From NCBI RefSeq assembly GCF_009914755.1, contig NC_060934.1: a DNA stretch of 64,000 bases; one strand, written 5' to 3'. Below, piece by piece: positions 16,801 to 29,656 of this stretch (position 1 is its first letter; each line of letters begins with the position of its first letter). The notes beneath the pieces were generated by a model, which ran no database searches, had not been told where the DNA came from, and saw nothing but the letters and a program-made list of their open reading frames with translations. This stretch comes from the human T2T-CHM13v2.0 reference genome, Homo sapiens. A program made the position numbers and the translations under genes.

Positions 16801-17241
16801 CCTATAAAACTCTTGAATGATAACAGGAGAAACCTAGGTGACCTCGGTTTCAGTGATGACTTTTTAGATACAACACCAAAGGTGTATACAATCGCTGAAA
16901 GAAATAACTGATAAGGTGGACTTCATTAAAATTAAAATTTTCTGCTTTGTGCAAAACAATGACAAGCAAAAAAGACAAGCCACAGTCTCTTGGAGAAAGT
17001 ATTTTGAAAAGACCTATCTGATAAAGGACTGTTATTCAAAATATGCAAAAAAGTTTTAACACCTAACAGCAAGACAATGAGCCACCTAATTTAGAAATAG
17101 AAAAATAATCTGGAAACCTCACCAAAGAAGCATACAGATATGAAGCAAGAATATGAAAAGATGTTCAATATCATATGTCATTAGGGAATTGCACATTGAA
17201 ATAGAAATAGCATTACATACCTATTAGAATGGCCAAAATCC

Positions 17242-17680
<439 letters not shown>

Positions 17681-19689
17681 CTAGACTCTTACCATATGAT
17701 CCAGAAATCTTGCTCCTTGATATTTACCCAAATGAATTGAAACCTTTACAGATATTTATCTGTAAATAGTGGTTTTACTCATAATTGACAAACCTTGGAA
17801 ACAACCAAGTTGTCCTTCAGTAGATGAAGGCATAAACTGTGGCACATCCTGAAAATCAAATAGTACTTAATGCTAAAAAGAAATCAGCTATGAGGCCATG
17901 AAAAGACATGGAAGAAACTTAAATAAACATTTCTACATGAACAACGCCCAACTGTAAAATCTACATACTGCACGATCCTAACTATATAACATCCTGGACA
18001 AGGCAAAACTATGAAGATGTAAAAAGATTTATGGTTGTCAGGGGCTAGGTGGGGAGGGAAGGATGAACAGACAGATCACAGAGGATTTTTATGGCAACTA
18101 AACTAGTATGTATGATACTGTAATGATAGATACATGTAATTATATTTTTTTCAAATCCCATAGAATATACACCACCAGTGTGAACTCTAATGTCAACTAT
18201 TGACTGGGGGTTAAAATGAAGTGTCAATGTGGGTTCATAGATTGTAACAAATGTACTACTCTGGTGTGGAATGCTGATGGTGGGAGAAATTGTGCTTATT
18301 GGGAACATGGAGAATATGGGAATGTTCTGTACTTTTCTCTGAATTTTGCAGAGAATCTAAAATTTCTCTAAATATAAGTTTATTCATTTTTTTAAAAAAG
18401 TAATATGAAAATTTCTCTCAATAAATAAAGACTCCAATCCATTTTTCTATGGGTGTGTGTTTTTTAATCGATAAAAACTTTCCTCCTTTCAATCAAACAG
18501 TTTCTAGTGGAACAAAAGCATTTGGTTAACCATATAGAACTTGGTGGAAATGGATCTATTGATACAAAGTTTTTACGGCTTGCTATAAACAAAGAATCTA
18601 GCTAATTACATGCAAATAAGGCTCACTAACAAACACCTAAATAACTCAGCCTTGTCTTCATTAAGCTACAAGATATAGCACATTTCTCAGGGAATTAGAC
18701 AAGGAGTATTAATCAAAGATGCTTGTAAATCCTAATGAGTTTATTGATTGTTGGCCTCAATGCCACCATCAGCGGCAGCAAACCAAATGACAAGACTTAT
18801 TTCAGTAAGCAAATGTTAATCTTCAAAATTTAGAATAAGGTTCATTGTTCACTTTTTAGATATTCTGCTCAAAGCTTTTTTTATGCAAACTTCTTTTGTA
18901 GAAAGAGGGCCTATATGTAAAGCTGTCTCTCACTGTCTGCTACATACCAAGAGTCATGAGCATTTTCTATTTTGCAGCAATCTGGTGAGCATTTGTGGCT
19001 GGGAGAGCTGAAAGTTACCTTTGAAGTAAGGGCAGGGATAAATGGCAGAAAACAAATAAAAAGGCAAAAGACTGAAAAGCAAAACTGATTTTTTTTTTTT
19101 TTTTAACTAGTGGCTGACCTTGAAGCTGATTTCTCCCTTTACTCCCATATTCTCAGATTTCAATAGTTTCTTTTCACTTCCCCTTGGCTAAAATGACTAC
19201 TGAGTATATACAGTTGTTAATTGGTCTTAATGTTACCTAAGAGCTTTCCACTCCATCAGTACCCCCTGAAACATGGCAGCTTTCTGTACGATAGTTGCTT
19301 TGTTACTTTTCTGTAATAAAACGCCCTGTTCTCTACTGGCTGATGATTCGATTGAAAATTTTGAAGTGTAATTTAGCCCTTGTTATTTTCCATTTTAAAC
19401 TTCTTCAGTTGGGCATTTATCTCATTCCTTGATACCACTGATTTGTTTCCATTAAGATTCCCCTTGTTCAAGCATCACAATTAGCTACTGTCATTATTGA
19501 TTCCCATCCCCAGGGATTTGTTCATGGTCTCAAAGTTGACCATAGACAGTTTAGCACTAGTCCATTGAAACTAAATGAAAAGTGAAGGTAGCAGGACTCT
19601 TCTAGCAAAGAACTTCTTTACAATAGCAATAATAATAAGTACAGGTACATTAGTATGTAGTAATGTTATATAAATTTTAAAATTTTATA

Positions 19690-19870
19690 TATTTTAATAT
19701 TTACTCTTTTAATTCGCACAACAATCCAATAAAGTGTTGCTTTTATTATCTTCATATTGCAGATTAAGAACCTGTGAAGCACAAAGGTTTATTTCCCAAT
19801 TTGATAGTAAGTGATGGAGCCGGGGTCTAAACCAATGCAATCCGGCTTTACAGTCTATGTCCTTCACCAG
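19690..19870 (-). mobile_element. MIR
   Basis: tttaattcgcacaacaatcc...ttattatcttcatattgcagattaagaacctgtgaagcaca...gtaagtgatggagccggggtctaaacc. Confidence 0.7.
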
Positions 19871-20260
19871 TACAATCTACAGTCCAAATAACTGATATTA
19901 TTGAATGAGTGATAATACTTTCATTAATAATAGCTGCCTATTCTGATAAAAAATCTTCCATCTTTGGTCTCTCTTGGCTCTATAATTCTGTGATTCTTGA
20001 TTTGTTACAAGCTTTGAAATCGAACTGAGTGATAATAATCATGTCTAGCTAATGGGTAAATCAGAACCAGAACTTGGGTTTCTTTGTTCTTTACTCAACA
20101 TTCTTTCTGTCACTCTTACTAGGGATGTAGAGGTTGAACCATTCTGATAAATTACCATTTTTGTTTCCCACAACAGTAATTTTTTTATGGTTCAATCTAA
20201 TGTGGGAGAATGACAGTAGCTCTTTCTTCCTATAAAGATACTACATTCTCTGGATAAAAT

Positions 20261-21174
20261 TGATAGCGGCAGGAGGCAGAGAAATTCTAAGGCAGGCGTG
20301 ATGCTCAGTGAAACCCGACCTTCAAGCCAAAGTAGCCTGAAACATGTGGCCCAAAATGGGAACTTCTATTCCTATTTGCCCACTCTCTCCCAATTGTTTT
20401 TTCCTGAATAATGTCTTTTTACTAATCAAATGTTGCCTTTTCCAAAACTACCTACAACCCTGTCCCAGTCCTGTGCCTATAAAGACCCCAGGCTCGGTCG
20501 GTAGAGAGGAAAGAGATGGCTTTGGAGAAGGAAGATGGCTTGACTTCAGGGAAGGGATAGCCTGACTTCGGGGAGAAGACGACCTGACTTCAGGGAAGCC
20601 TACCTGCCCTTCCTGTCCCCTTCTCCAGCTCCCCACTCCACTGAGAGACATTTCCACCACTCAATACAATTCTCCACCTTCACCATCCTTCAAGTGTCTG
20701 TGCAACCTCATTATCCTTGGATGATGGACGAGAGCTTGAGACCCAAAAAGGCTGTCACACTGGCCTTTTGCACTTGCTGGCAGCAGTCAGCCCCCATGCA
20801 ACAAGGTAAGCGGCCAATTGAGCTGTTAACACACAGCTGTCTATGGATGGTGGACCTAAGAGAGCACTGTAAAACTTCTTTTGGGGTTTCGGGGTCACAG
20901 GCACCCAGGCCCGGATGCTGCTCTGGGTGCCGCATGGAGCTTGCTCCTACCAGCACCCAGAGCAGCCAGCCAGATCCCGCACTTGCTTGCTCACGCCTGG
21001 CCTGGCTGTGGGCCTCGCATGGAGCTTGCTCCTGCATGCACCCGGAGCAGCTGGCCGTGACCCAGGCTTGCATGCCTACATGCTGCCTCATGCAAGGGGT
21101 TCAGTGTGGTGGGCCGAGTAAACACTCACCCCTGTCAGGAGTTCGACAAAAGAGGCCAGGAAAAACCTGCATCA
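20261..21174 (+). mobile_element. 5' LTR of a class I ERV (LTR27/LTR28/LTR1 group)
   Basis: Starts TGATAGCGGCAGGAGGCAG and ends TGCATCA. TATA-like cctataaa at about 20476. Directly followed by a primer binding site. Confidence 0.85.
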
Positions 21175-21176
21175 TC

Positions 21177-21194
21177 TGGGGGCTTGCCCGGGAT
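21177..21194 (+). promoter_or_regulatory. Primer binding site complementary to tRNA-Pro
   Basis: TGGGGGCTTGCCCGGGAT versus canonical TGGGGGCTCGTCCGGGAT (16/18), 2 nt after the LTR end. Confidence 0.88.
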
Positions 21195-22131
21195 TCTCAC
21201 CTCGGGAGGGTGAGTAAATGCAGATCTGACTCTTCACCTTTTTTTTTTTCCAAGACTTCTTGTCCTCAGACTTTCTTCTGAAGGCACATGAAGCATCGAA
21301 CCTTTGAGTGGCCAGTTAAGGGCAAATGACACAGCTACAGAAGACAGGATGCAGCCCTCCCAGTTCTCTCTTTCTTTTGGGTAAAAGGAATGTTGCTGTT
21401 GTTGGTTTTTTTTTCACTTCATGGAGGTCTAGCCATCGCATGGGACTGGAATCATGTCCTGGGGCAACTGAAGTCATCAGGCTGAGGCCACTCCTCAGCA
21501 TTGCTGGAAGGCCCCTAGACTTGGCTCCCTCCCCAACCACCCATTGGGGCATCAGCCCAGACCCCCAGACTTTTTTTCATAGTATTTTCATTCCTTCTTT
21601 CATGGTTTGAAATGGCTTCTACCTCTTCTTTTATAATGTTAAGGATGTTACTACAAACTGTGAAATATTACTAGGTAGAATGAGCATTTGGCGACACCAT
21701 CAGATATGCAGTACAGAACAATGCAATTTCCATCTGTTCTTAGAGGCAAGGAGGGTACAATGATTAAGAGTCCTCCCCTGCTGAAGGAACCCATGTGCAT
21801 AGAGGAAAATGTTTTTTTCTCCAGGAACTTCCTCCCAAACCCCTGCACTTAAGCTGTTTTTTTCTTTTTTTCTTTTGTCCACCACGTCAGGAGTTTACAC
21901 AGCCCTGCAAATACCAGGATTTTTTCTATGTGAGAGGGTTTTCTTCCTCACCTTAGCACTCTGCTTATGTTAGAGAAGCAACAGAGGAGCGACCCCCCAC
22001 AGCTGTTGGCAGCAAATTTGGCAAGGACCATCTGGGGTTTAATTTAAATGAATCCATGCACCCCTGAGAGATCTTTTTGTCCCAAACTCAATTCCAAGCT
22101 TCAGGTTGAAGCCTTAGAAAGGAAAACTAGT

Positions 22132-22524
<393 letters not shown>

Positions 22525-22840
22525 TTAAGCCCTCGTTTCATGGATAGAGGTCATGTTAGTATCCATGGAATAAATGAGGTCTAGGGAACTCGTAGCTTAC
22601 TGACAGTAGGGAGGATAGACAGCATAGGTAAGTGAGAATAATCTGCCTTGTAGGCTCCATGCTTCATGGGTGCAGATCCCATTGGCATCCATAGGTGGCA
22701 TCTGTCTAGGTCACTGAGGCTCAGGGATAAAAAGATGGAAGGAAAAAGGGGACACCCTTTTTTCTCTCCCTCACGCACCCCAGATTTTCACTCAAAGAGA
22801 GAAAGGAACTAAGGGATGCCTAGTTCCCTCTCTCTTTCAA

Positions 22841-23760
22841 ATGGGTAACCAGCCATCTTCCATCTACATTCCTCTGGAGTGTATCCTAAACAACTAGGAC
22901 TGCTTTGGCCCTCAGACTATGGAGAAAGTATGTCTCATAGCCCTTTACACAAAGGTCTGGCCAAAGTATGATTTGCGGGAAGGACTTGCTTGGCCTCAGG
23001 AAGGAACCATTCATTTCAACACCATCCTGCAGCTGGAACTTTTCTTTAAACATGAGGGCAGATGGTCCAAGGCCCCATATGTACAGGCTTTCTTTACCTT
23101 GCAGGGTAATCCAGATCTTTGCCAACATTATAAGATTGATCCAACCCTCCTGTTGGCCAGCTCAGGTAAGGCTGCAAGAGACAATCCCAGAAAACTAAAG
23201 AAACAAACCCCAGAGGCATCTCCAGGAGGAGAACAAGCTCCCTCCAGCCCTGCCTCACTGGGTCCACCCAGGAGGAGTTTCTCCTCTAGCTTGTCCCCTC
23301 CTAGAAATCCTCACTCTAGACAGGCACCAGTCTCACTCCTGCCCCTATGACAGATGCCTAGTGAATATGGCCCTAGTAAGGTCCAGGTCCCCTTCTCTCT
23401 ACAGGACTTAAGGCAAATTAAGGGGAATCTTGGCAAATTTTCAGATGACCTTGACAGGTATATAGAGGCTTTCCAGAACTTAAACCAAGTATTTGAACTC
23501 TCCTGGAAAGATGTTATGTTACTTTTGAATCAAACTCTGATTAACAATGAGAAGCAGGATGATCTGCAAGTGGCAGAAAGATTTGGGGATGAGCTTTGTA
23601 TCTCATATAGTATCAGGGAAGGAGATGAGCCTTATCCAATTGAAAGAGAAGCAGTACCAGTGGATGACCCTAAATGGGGTCCCAGTAATGAAATGGGAGA
23701 ATGGAAGGGGAAATATTTTCAGGTGCGCCTACTGGAGGGGCTTACACAGGACTAGATCTA
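22841..23760 (+). pseudogene. gag: ERV gag remnant (MA and N-terminal CA), with stops
   Basis: ATG GGT AAC (MGNQPSS...PLECIL) at 22841. WPQEGTIHFNTILQLELF...PYVQAFF and VPFSLQDLRQIKGNLGKFSDD are gammaretrovirus-like (HERV-W/9-related) Gag motifs. Confidence 0.88.
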
Positions 23761-23769
23761 GGCCTCTCA

Positions 23770-25505
23770 ACTACACCCTAAATCCAGCCACCTTCCTCCC
23801 AGAGTAAGCTGGGGAGCTTGAACATAACTGCAAACAGATAGTAGTACAAACCTATGCGGCCAGAGAGGACCTTAAGGAAACCCTCTTAGAGAACTCAGAG
23901 TGGATTCTCCTTACTGATGGAAGTTCTTTTGTAGAACAAGGGATCCATAAAGCAGGGTATACAATAGTTATGCTGAATGATATTGTGGAGAGCACATCTC
24001 TTTCCTTGAGTATAAGTGCTCAATTAGCCAAGCTAACTGCCCAAACAAGAGTGATCAAATTAAGCAAAGGGAAATAAGTTAATATTTACACTGATTCTAA
24101 GTATGCTTTCCTAGTCCTCTATACCCATGCCACTATCTGGAAAGAGAGGAACTTCCTCACAGCTAATGGGTCTCCCATTAAATACCATCAGGAAATTAAT
24201 AGACTATTATGCTTGGTTTTCCTCCCACAGGAAGTGGCGGTAATACATTGTGAAGGCCACCAGAAGGGGGCTGATGAAATAGCCAAGGGAAATAGGTTGG
24301 CAGACCAAGCAGCTAAATCAGCAGTGAGAGGGCACCAGATTTCTAATCCACTTGAAGCCCTTCTAATCTGGGAGGGCTCCATAAGAGAAATAAAACCTCA
24401 ATATTTCTCTCGCAGAAATAGAATCTCTTGGGGATACATCTTGCAGCCCTCAGGATGGTTACAGTTGGAGGATGGCAAGCTTCATCCACCAGCTACCAGC
24501 CAATGGAAATTTCTTAAAATCCTTCACCAGGATTTCCACTTTGGTAAGGATAAAACCTATCAATTGGCCTAGAGATTGTTCTCAGGTGAAAATCTGCCAG
24601 AAACAGTCAACAGGTTGTTAATGCTTGCAAGATTTGCCTTAAAAATAATCCCCTCAATGGATGGCTTCTTTCTCCCAGAACCCAAAGGACAAGGTGCTAC
24701 CTGGGAGAAGACTGGCAAATGGATTTCACCCATATGCCAAAGACAAGAGGCATCCAGTACCTCCTAGTATGGGTAGATACCTTCACTAACTGGATAGAAG
24801 CATTTCTTTACATGTCAGTCAGAGAGAGCCTCTGAGGTGATAAAAGTATTAGTTAACAAGATAATTCCTCACTTTGGATTCCCCACGTACCTCCAGAGCA
24901 ATAGTAGCCCCTCGTTCAAGGTGGCTGTGACCCAGAGAGTCTCAAAGGCACCAGGCACACAATACCATCTTCATTGTGCGTGGACACCACAATCCTCAGG
25001 AAAGGTAGAAAAGACAAATGATATTATCAAAAGGCACCTCAGGAAACTGTCTCAGGAGACTCATCTGCCCTGGACTACCCCTTCTTCCCATAACCCTATT
25101 ACATTTTAGAAACACCCTTTCAAAGCTAGATTTAAGTCCCTTTGAAATGATGTATGAATGGCCTTTTCTCACCAATGATTTCTTGCTAGACCAAGAAACC
25201 TCTGATTCAATAAACATATAACTTCTTTGGCTCATTTCTAATAGGAACTGAAACAACTGTCAGAGGCCCATTCCCGTGAACTAGGGCCACCTCTATTCAA
25301 CCCAGGGGACCTAATGCTGGTAAAGGTACTTCTTTCCCTTTCTCACTCTATAGGCCCAGATTGGGAGGGACCTTACACTGTACTAACTTCTTTCTACTGC
25401 TATGGCAGTAAAGGCCACTAGAATAGATTCTTGGATTCATTACACTCTAGTAAGGGACTGAGAAACTGAGAGAGCTGCCTCAGTCAACCCACAAGAGGAC
25501 CCAAA
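23770..25505 (+). pseudogene. pol: ERV pol remnant (tether, RNase H, integrase), with many stops and frameshifts
   Basis: LNPATFLP, TDGSSF, IYTDSKYAF, VAVIHCEGHQ, GNRLADQAAK, GEDWQMDFTHMP, VDTFTNWIEAF, LHCAWTPQSSGKVEK. Confidence 0.9.
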
Positions 25506-26959
25506 GTTTCCTTTGAATGATTGACTTCCATGTTCACTATTACTTCCATGTGAATTATAACTTCCATGTTCATAAAAACTTTATCTAAATAATTAGAAAA
25601 TGTTAACATTCAATTATCATAGGTTTCCTTTATCTAAATAATTTGCCAAAAACAGTTTTGGCAAAGCAGTACTAGTCCTTGCCAATCTTCTTATAAAACA
25701 TACTGCATGCAGTGTGTGAATGCCAGGACCTGTGTACCTGAGTGTGCTCATGCAATTCAAACCTAGAACACACCTGTCCAGAGAAAGTTTTGTTGCTTGA
25801 AGGCCTACTTTTTTGAATTCTTTCTTTTTCACATAGTACACCCACTGGGTGACCAACTAATCATCTAGTTGTTTCATGTAATTCACTCATAGTTGCCAAC
25901 ACATGTAATGAAGCTATTCACATACGTATCTGTGTGCCATAGCTCAACCAACTCTTATCATAAATATAGGATACAGCTTAATGTAGGCAGCACTCATCTT
26001 CTCAACTTACGACCAGTTGTTACTCTGATTTATGTCTTAGTGACATATTTTATCACTCCTCCTCTACTATCATCATGTAACACTTATCTGTTACCCTCAT
26101 AACTTGTCTCTTGGGCTCTTGCAACACTTGTTTAAACTACTCTGAATATCCCATCTCTTCAATGCACCCATCACACTGTTGCCATAGTAAGGTTCATGGC
26201 ACATTCTCTTTGTTATTTTTCTATTCAAAAAAGATTGACAGTGAGTCTCCACCGCTAACCAATGAAAATGTTCCGCCTGGCATTCAAGGCCATCTATTCT
26301 CATTCACAATATACTTCCCACTTGTATTTCCCCTCCTCTCTTACGTGGGCCAGACCTCTTACCGCAATCCTGGTATGTCTATGTTTGCTCACCTCTATGC
26401 TTTTGCTTCAGCTCTTGCCCTAACCTATTACCATTATATTCACTTGTCAAGGCTTCAGTCAAACGTCCTTGCTATCACAAAAATAAAGCTGTACCTGATC
26501 TCTTATTTCAAAATGATGACCTCCTACTCTGAAATCAGTGCATTCTGTGCCATTCCTAAGGCACTTCCCACATTTTTACATCCTCAAAATCTCTATAAGT
26601 TTCTTGCAATAGGAGACTATGCCATTTATCTTTGAACCCCTGACAAGTTAAAAATAGTTTACACATGTTTAGCGGCAGTAAATGGTAGTAGAATGAGTGG
26701 GTGATAGTCACCTCAATAAACTTTGAAGTCTTCTTTAAGAACTCCTATCCCATGGACTTTTCTTTTTGAATCTCCCAAAGTTCTCATAATAGCTCCTATA
26801 TGACATGTGATTTTGCTGTGTTTCATATATGGTGAAGAGAAACCCACAGTAATTGAATGTTAACATTAGAAATTGGGCCCAATGCAATAAATGCCTGTTT
26901 TTTAGTTTCTTCTCCAATACTGTTGACCATCATTTATTTTACATAGTATCTACCTGTGG

Positions 26960-27305
26960 TTCTCTGAAAAATCAGACTGTCTCTGTCTTCTTAGCCTGTG
27001 TGCAATGCTGCTGCTTATTCCCAGGATGTCTTTTCTCTACCTGACCCTCACAATAGATTTCAAAACCCAGTTCCAACTTCTCCTCTACAAAATCCACTCT
27101 GACAATTTACTTCCATGTTCATTATTACTTTAATAATAAAATTCCATGTTTATTATTACTTCCATGTTCATTATTAGCCCTTCATTGTGGCTCTTAAAAC
27201 ATGGTATTATAAAACCATTATTTCATTGTCTTTGTTTCCCACCATACTGTGATTATTTTAGATTAAGAGACAGTTTTATTTCTCTATCTCTAATGTCAGC
27301 CCAGA
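26960..27305 (+). mobile_element. L2 3'-region fragment (degenerate)
   Basis: Pyrimidine-rich L2-like text (caaaacccagttccaacttctcctct...tttgtttcccaccatactgtga). Confidence 0.4.
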
Positions 27306-27322
27306 AAAGTTTATATATATAT

Positions 27323-27559
27323 TCCTCATTTTACAAAAGTGGAAAACAGGCTTGGGACATGTAGGCAATTTGCTCAGCTGTCAGCTTAATTAAGGTAGAT
27401 GACTAGGATTTGAACATAGCTTTAATCTGACCCTGGATTCTGTCCTCCTAACCAGAGGAGGTTAACTGGTTAACTGTGCTCTATTCACAAAGACAAGTGG
27501 AACGATCTTAATTTTTGATCTCTAGGTTTTTGACCTCTTAATCTATTCCTGTATAATTT
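27323..27559 (-). repeat. Inverted duplicate (derived copy) of 28737-28972
   Basis: Manual alignment to the reverse complement of 28737-28972 gives about 10 substitutions and 1 indel in 237 bp. Confidence 0.95.
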
Positions 27560-28736
27560 GGTTTTATATATATATAAAACCAAATCAAAACTAGTTAGTA
27601 ACCAAGTGAGAAATCAAATTCAAGGGGAGAAAGACTGACTAGTCCCATTCTCAAAGCAAGTCTCTAAACCAAGGAGAGGGAAAGGATTTAATTTGAACAA
27701 TATGTTACGTTTGTACCTGGACTAACTTGAACTGAACTTTTTTATAACCAAATGTGACCATAGGTTTGCAGAGGAAACCTATGCAACCTGCCCAAAATAT
27801 TGAAAGAATGATTCTATAGAACATGACTAAGAGATACTATGGGAGTGAAATTGCCTGATATATGTCATTAAACTCATATCTTTCCAAAAACTCACAATAT
27901 TAAGATACTATTATCAAATATGTTAAAAAAACTTACACATAATTTCTGAGAGCTATTAATCTGCCTATTTATAAATTACACAGGTAAGTCATTCTCAGGA
28001 CACACTTAAGAGCCACTGTGGGGATCTTTTCCACAGATGCAAACACAGAATACCTTTTTGTCTTTCCTAATTCATAATTTAACTTGTTAAGGAGAACTAA
28101 ATACATAATTGCTCCTTGAAAGTCTATGCTATGAATAATAATTTATAAAATCACTTGGTGGAAATGATACAGAATAGATTTCATAAAAGGTATTTTTAAA
28201 CCATAAGTTCTTTTTTTGTGTGCTTTTTCAGCTCTGTGTAAAATGTTTGCAATAGCTCTACAAACCTTTAGATAGTCTTCTGTTTACAATATAAGTGGTT
28301 GCTATTCAGAAGGTCAAAAATACAGTGGCATTTGAGACTGCTTTGTACGAAGACCTTTTTGGATTTATGGGAGTGTTTTGCATTTATTTATTTATTGTTA
28401 TGTTTCTTTCTCATGCCCTTTAAAAATATCTTTAGAATTCGAGCCAAAAGGCTATTGGTAAGTACAGGCCTGAGAGAGACTGGTGACGGCTATAACTTGG
28501 CTCTTCAAAAGAGTGAATAACAAACAGCCTTAATACTCTCTTTATCAGGTAATCATCCATCAGAAATAACACACAGAGCTTGGGAATTGGAGACCCAAAT
28601 TTACAAATTGTGAATATTTTATAATAAATCTCCAGATATGATTATTATTCTTAAGACCCAAATGCTTAGATGATTAATAAATAAATACAGAATATTTTAC
28701 TTACTTGAACTTGGCTGTATTTTTTTTGAACTTCAT

Positions 28737-28972
28737 AAATTATACAGGAATAGATTAAGGGGTCAAAAACCTAGAGATCAAAAATCAAGATTGTTCCACT
28801 TGTCTTTGTGAATAGAGTACAGTTAACCAGTTAACCTCCTCTGGTTAGGAGGACAGAATCCAGGGTGAGATTAAGGCTATGTTCAAGTCCTAGTCATCAC
28901 CTTAATTAAGCTGAGAGCTGAGCAAACTGCCTAAATGTCCCAAGCCTGTTTTCCACTTTTGTAAAATGAGGA
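28737..28972 (+). repeat. Donor arm of the inverted duplication (unique DNA plus the 5' part of a MIR)
   Basis: Reverse complement of 27323-27559. MIR homology continues beyond 28972 only in this copy. Confidence 0.92.
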
Positions 28973-29075
28973 TAATATCAGTATCTGACCCAGGGTGACC
29001 ATAAAGACTATGATATAACCCATGTAAAGGGTTTAGCATAGTACCCAGAGTAAAATAGATTATCAACAGATGCCA
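28845..29075 (+). mobile_element. MIR
   Basis: gttcaagtcctag...ctgttttccacttttgtaaaatgaggataata...catgtaaagggtttagcatagtacc matches the MIR core and 3' end. Confidence 0.75.
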
Positions 29076-29656
29076 ACAACTGTTATCTTTCTGACACTAG
29101 GTCAATTTGAAGAAATTAGATGGAGCTGGTCAACTTGCCCAACTCCATCTAATTTCTCCCCAGAGTTGTGCCCCAGTTACATTAACAGCCAATATTGAAA
29201 ATGAATATTACATGAAATAACGTATATTTTATTGTGGCTGTTTATCAGTTGTGGGTAACTCAGAAGTTGGAGTCCAATACCAGATTGAGAGAATGGTTAA
29301 GAAAAGGCAGCTACTTTATGAAGAGATCCTATTGTTTAGTATGGTCCTATGTGATTATTCAGAGAAATATACAAAAACCTAAATTTCTAAACCAGTGTTG
29401 CAATACAGTGCTTTCTGTAAGTAGCAAATTAGGAGACTGGCTGTCAGCCCACTTGTAACCTGGAGAAATGTATGAAAAATCTGCCTGTTATTGGGGATGG
29501 GTAGTCCTGATTCAGAGCGTGGGGAAATACTAAAAGTAAGTATTACTGGTAAGGGACTGACTCCCTCTGCTGGGTACTACTTGGTTCTTGTTTTATGGCT
29601 CTAGTATTTAAATGGTGAAGCTTTCCTTGTGCTATTAGCCTCCCTCTGTGTGGGAT

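Noticed and set aside
20694-21281. 195-aa ORF
   Set aside because: It lies in the GC-rich LTR and PBS region, starts at GTG and has no recognisable domain.
22919-23755. Gag ORFs as a domesticated capsid gene
   Set aside because: Stops lie just after the native start and between MA and CA, and the C-terminus is deleted. Nothing suggests ORF preservation.
25524-25575. 18-bp periodic repeats as a CRISPR-like array
   Set aside because: Only three short units with no unique spacers or cas genes, in a eukaryotic context.
26111-26635. 174-aa ORF
   Set aside because: TTG start, no recognisable domain, and it overlaps pyrimidine-rich L2-like sequence.
28205-28465. Possible plus-strand exon (T-rich cag at about 28231; gtaagt at about 28457)
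   Set aside because: No supportable reading frame or homology; it cannot be called without RNA data.
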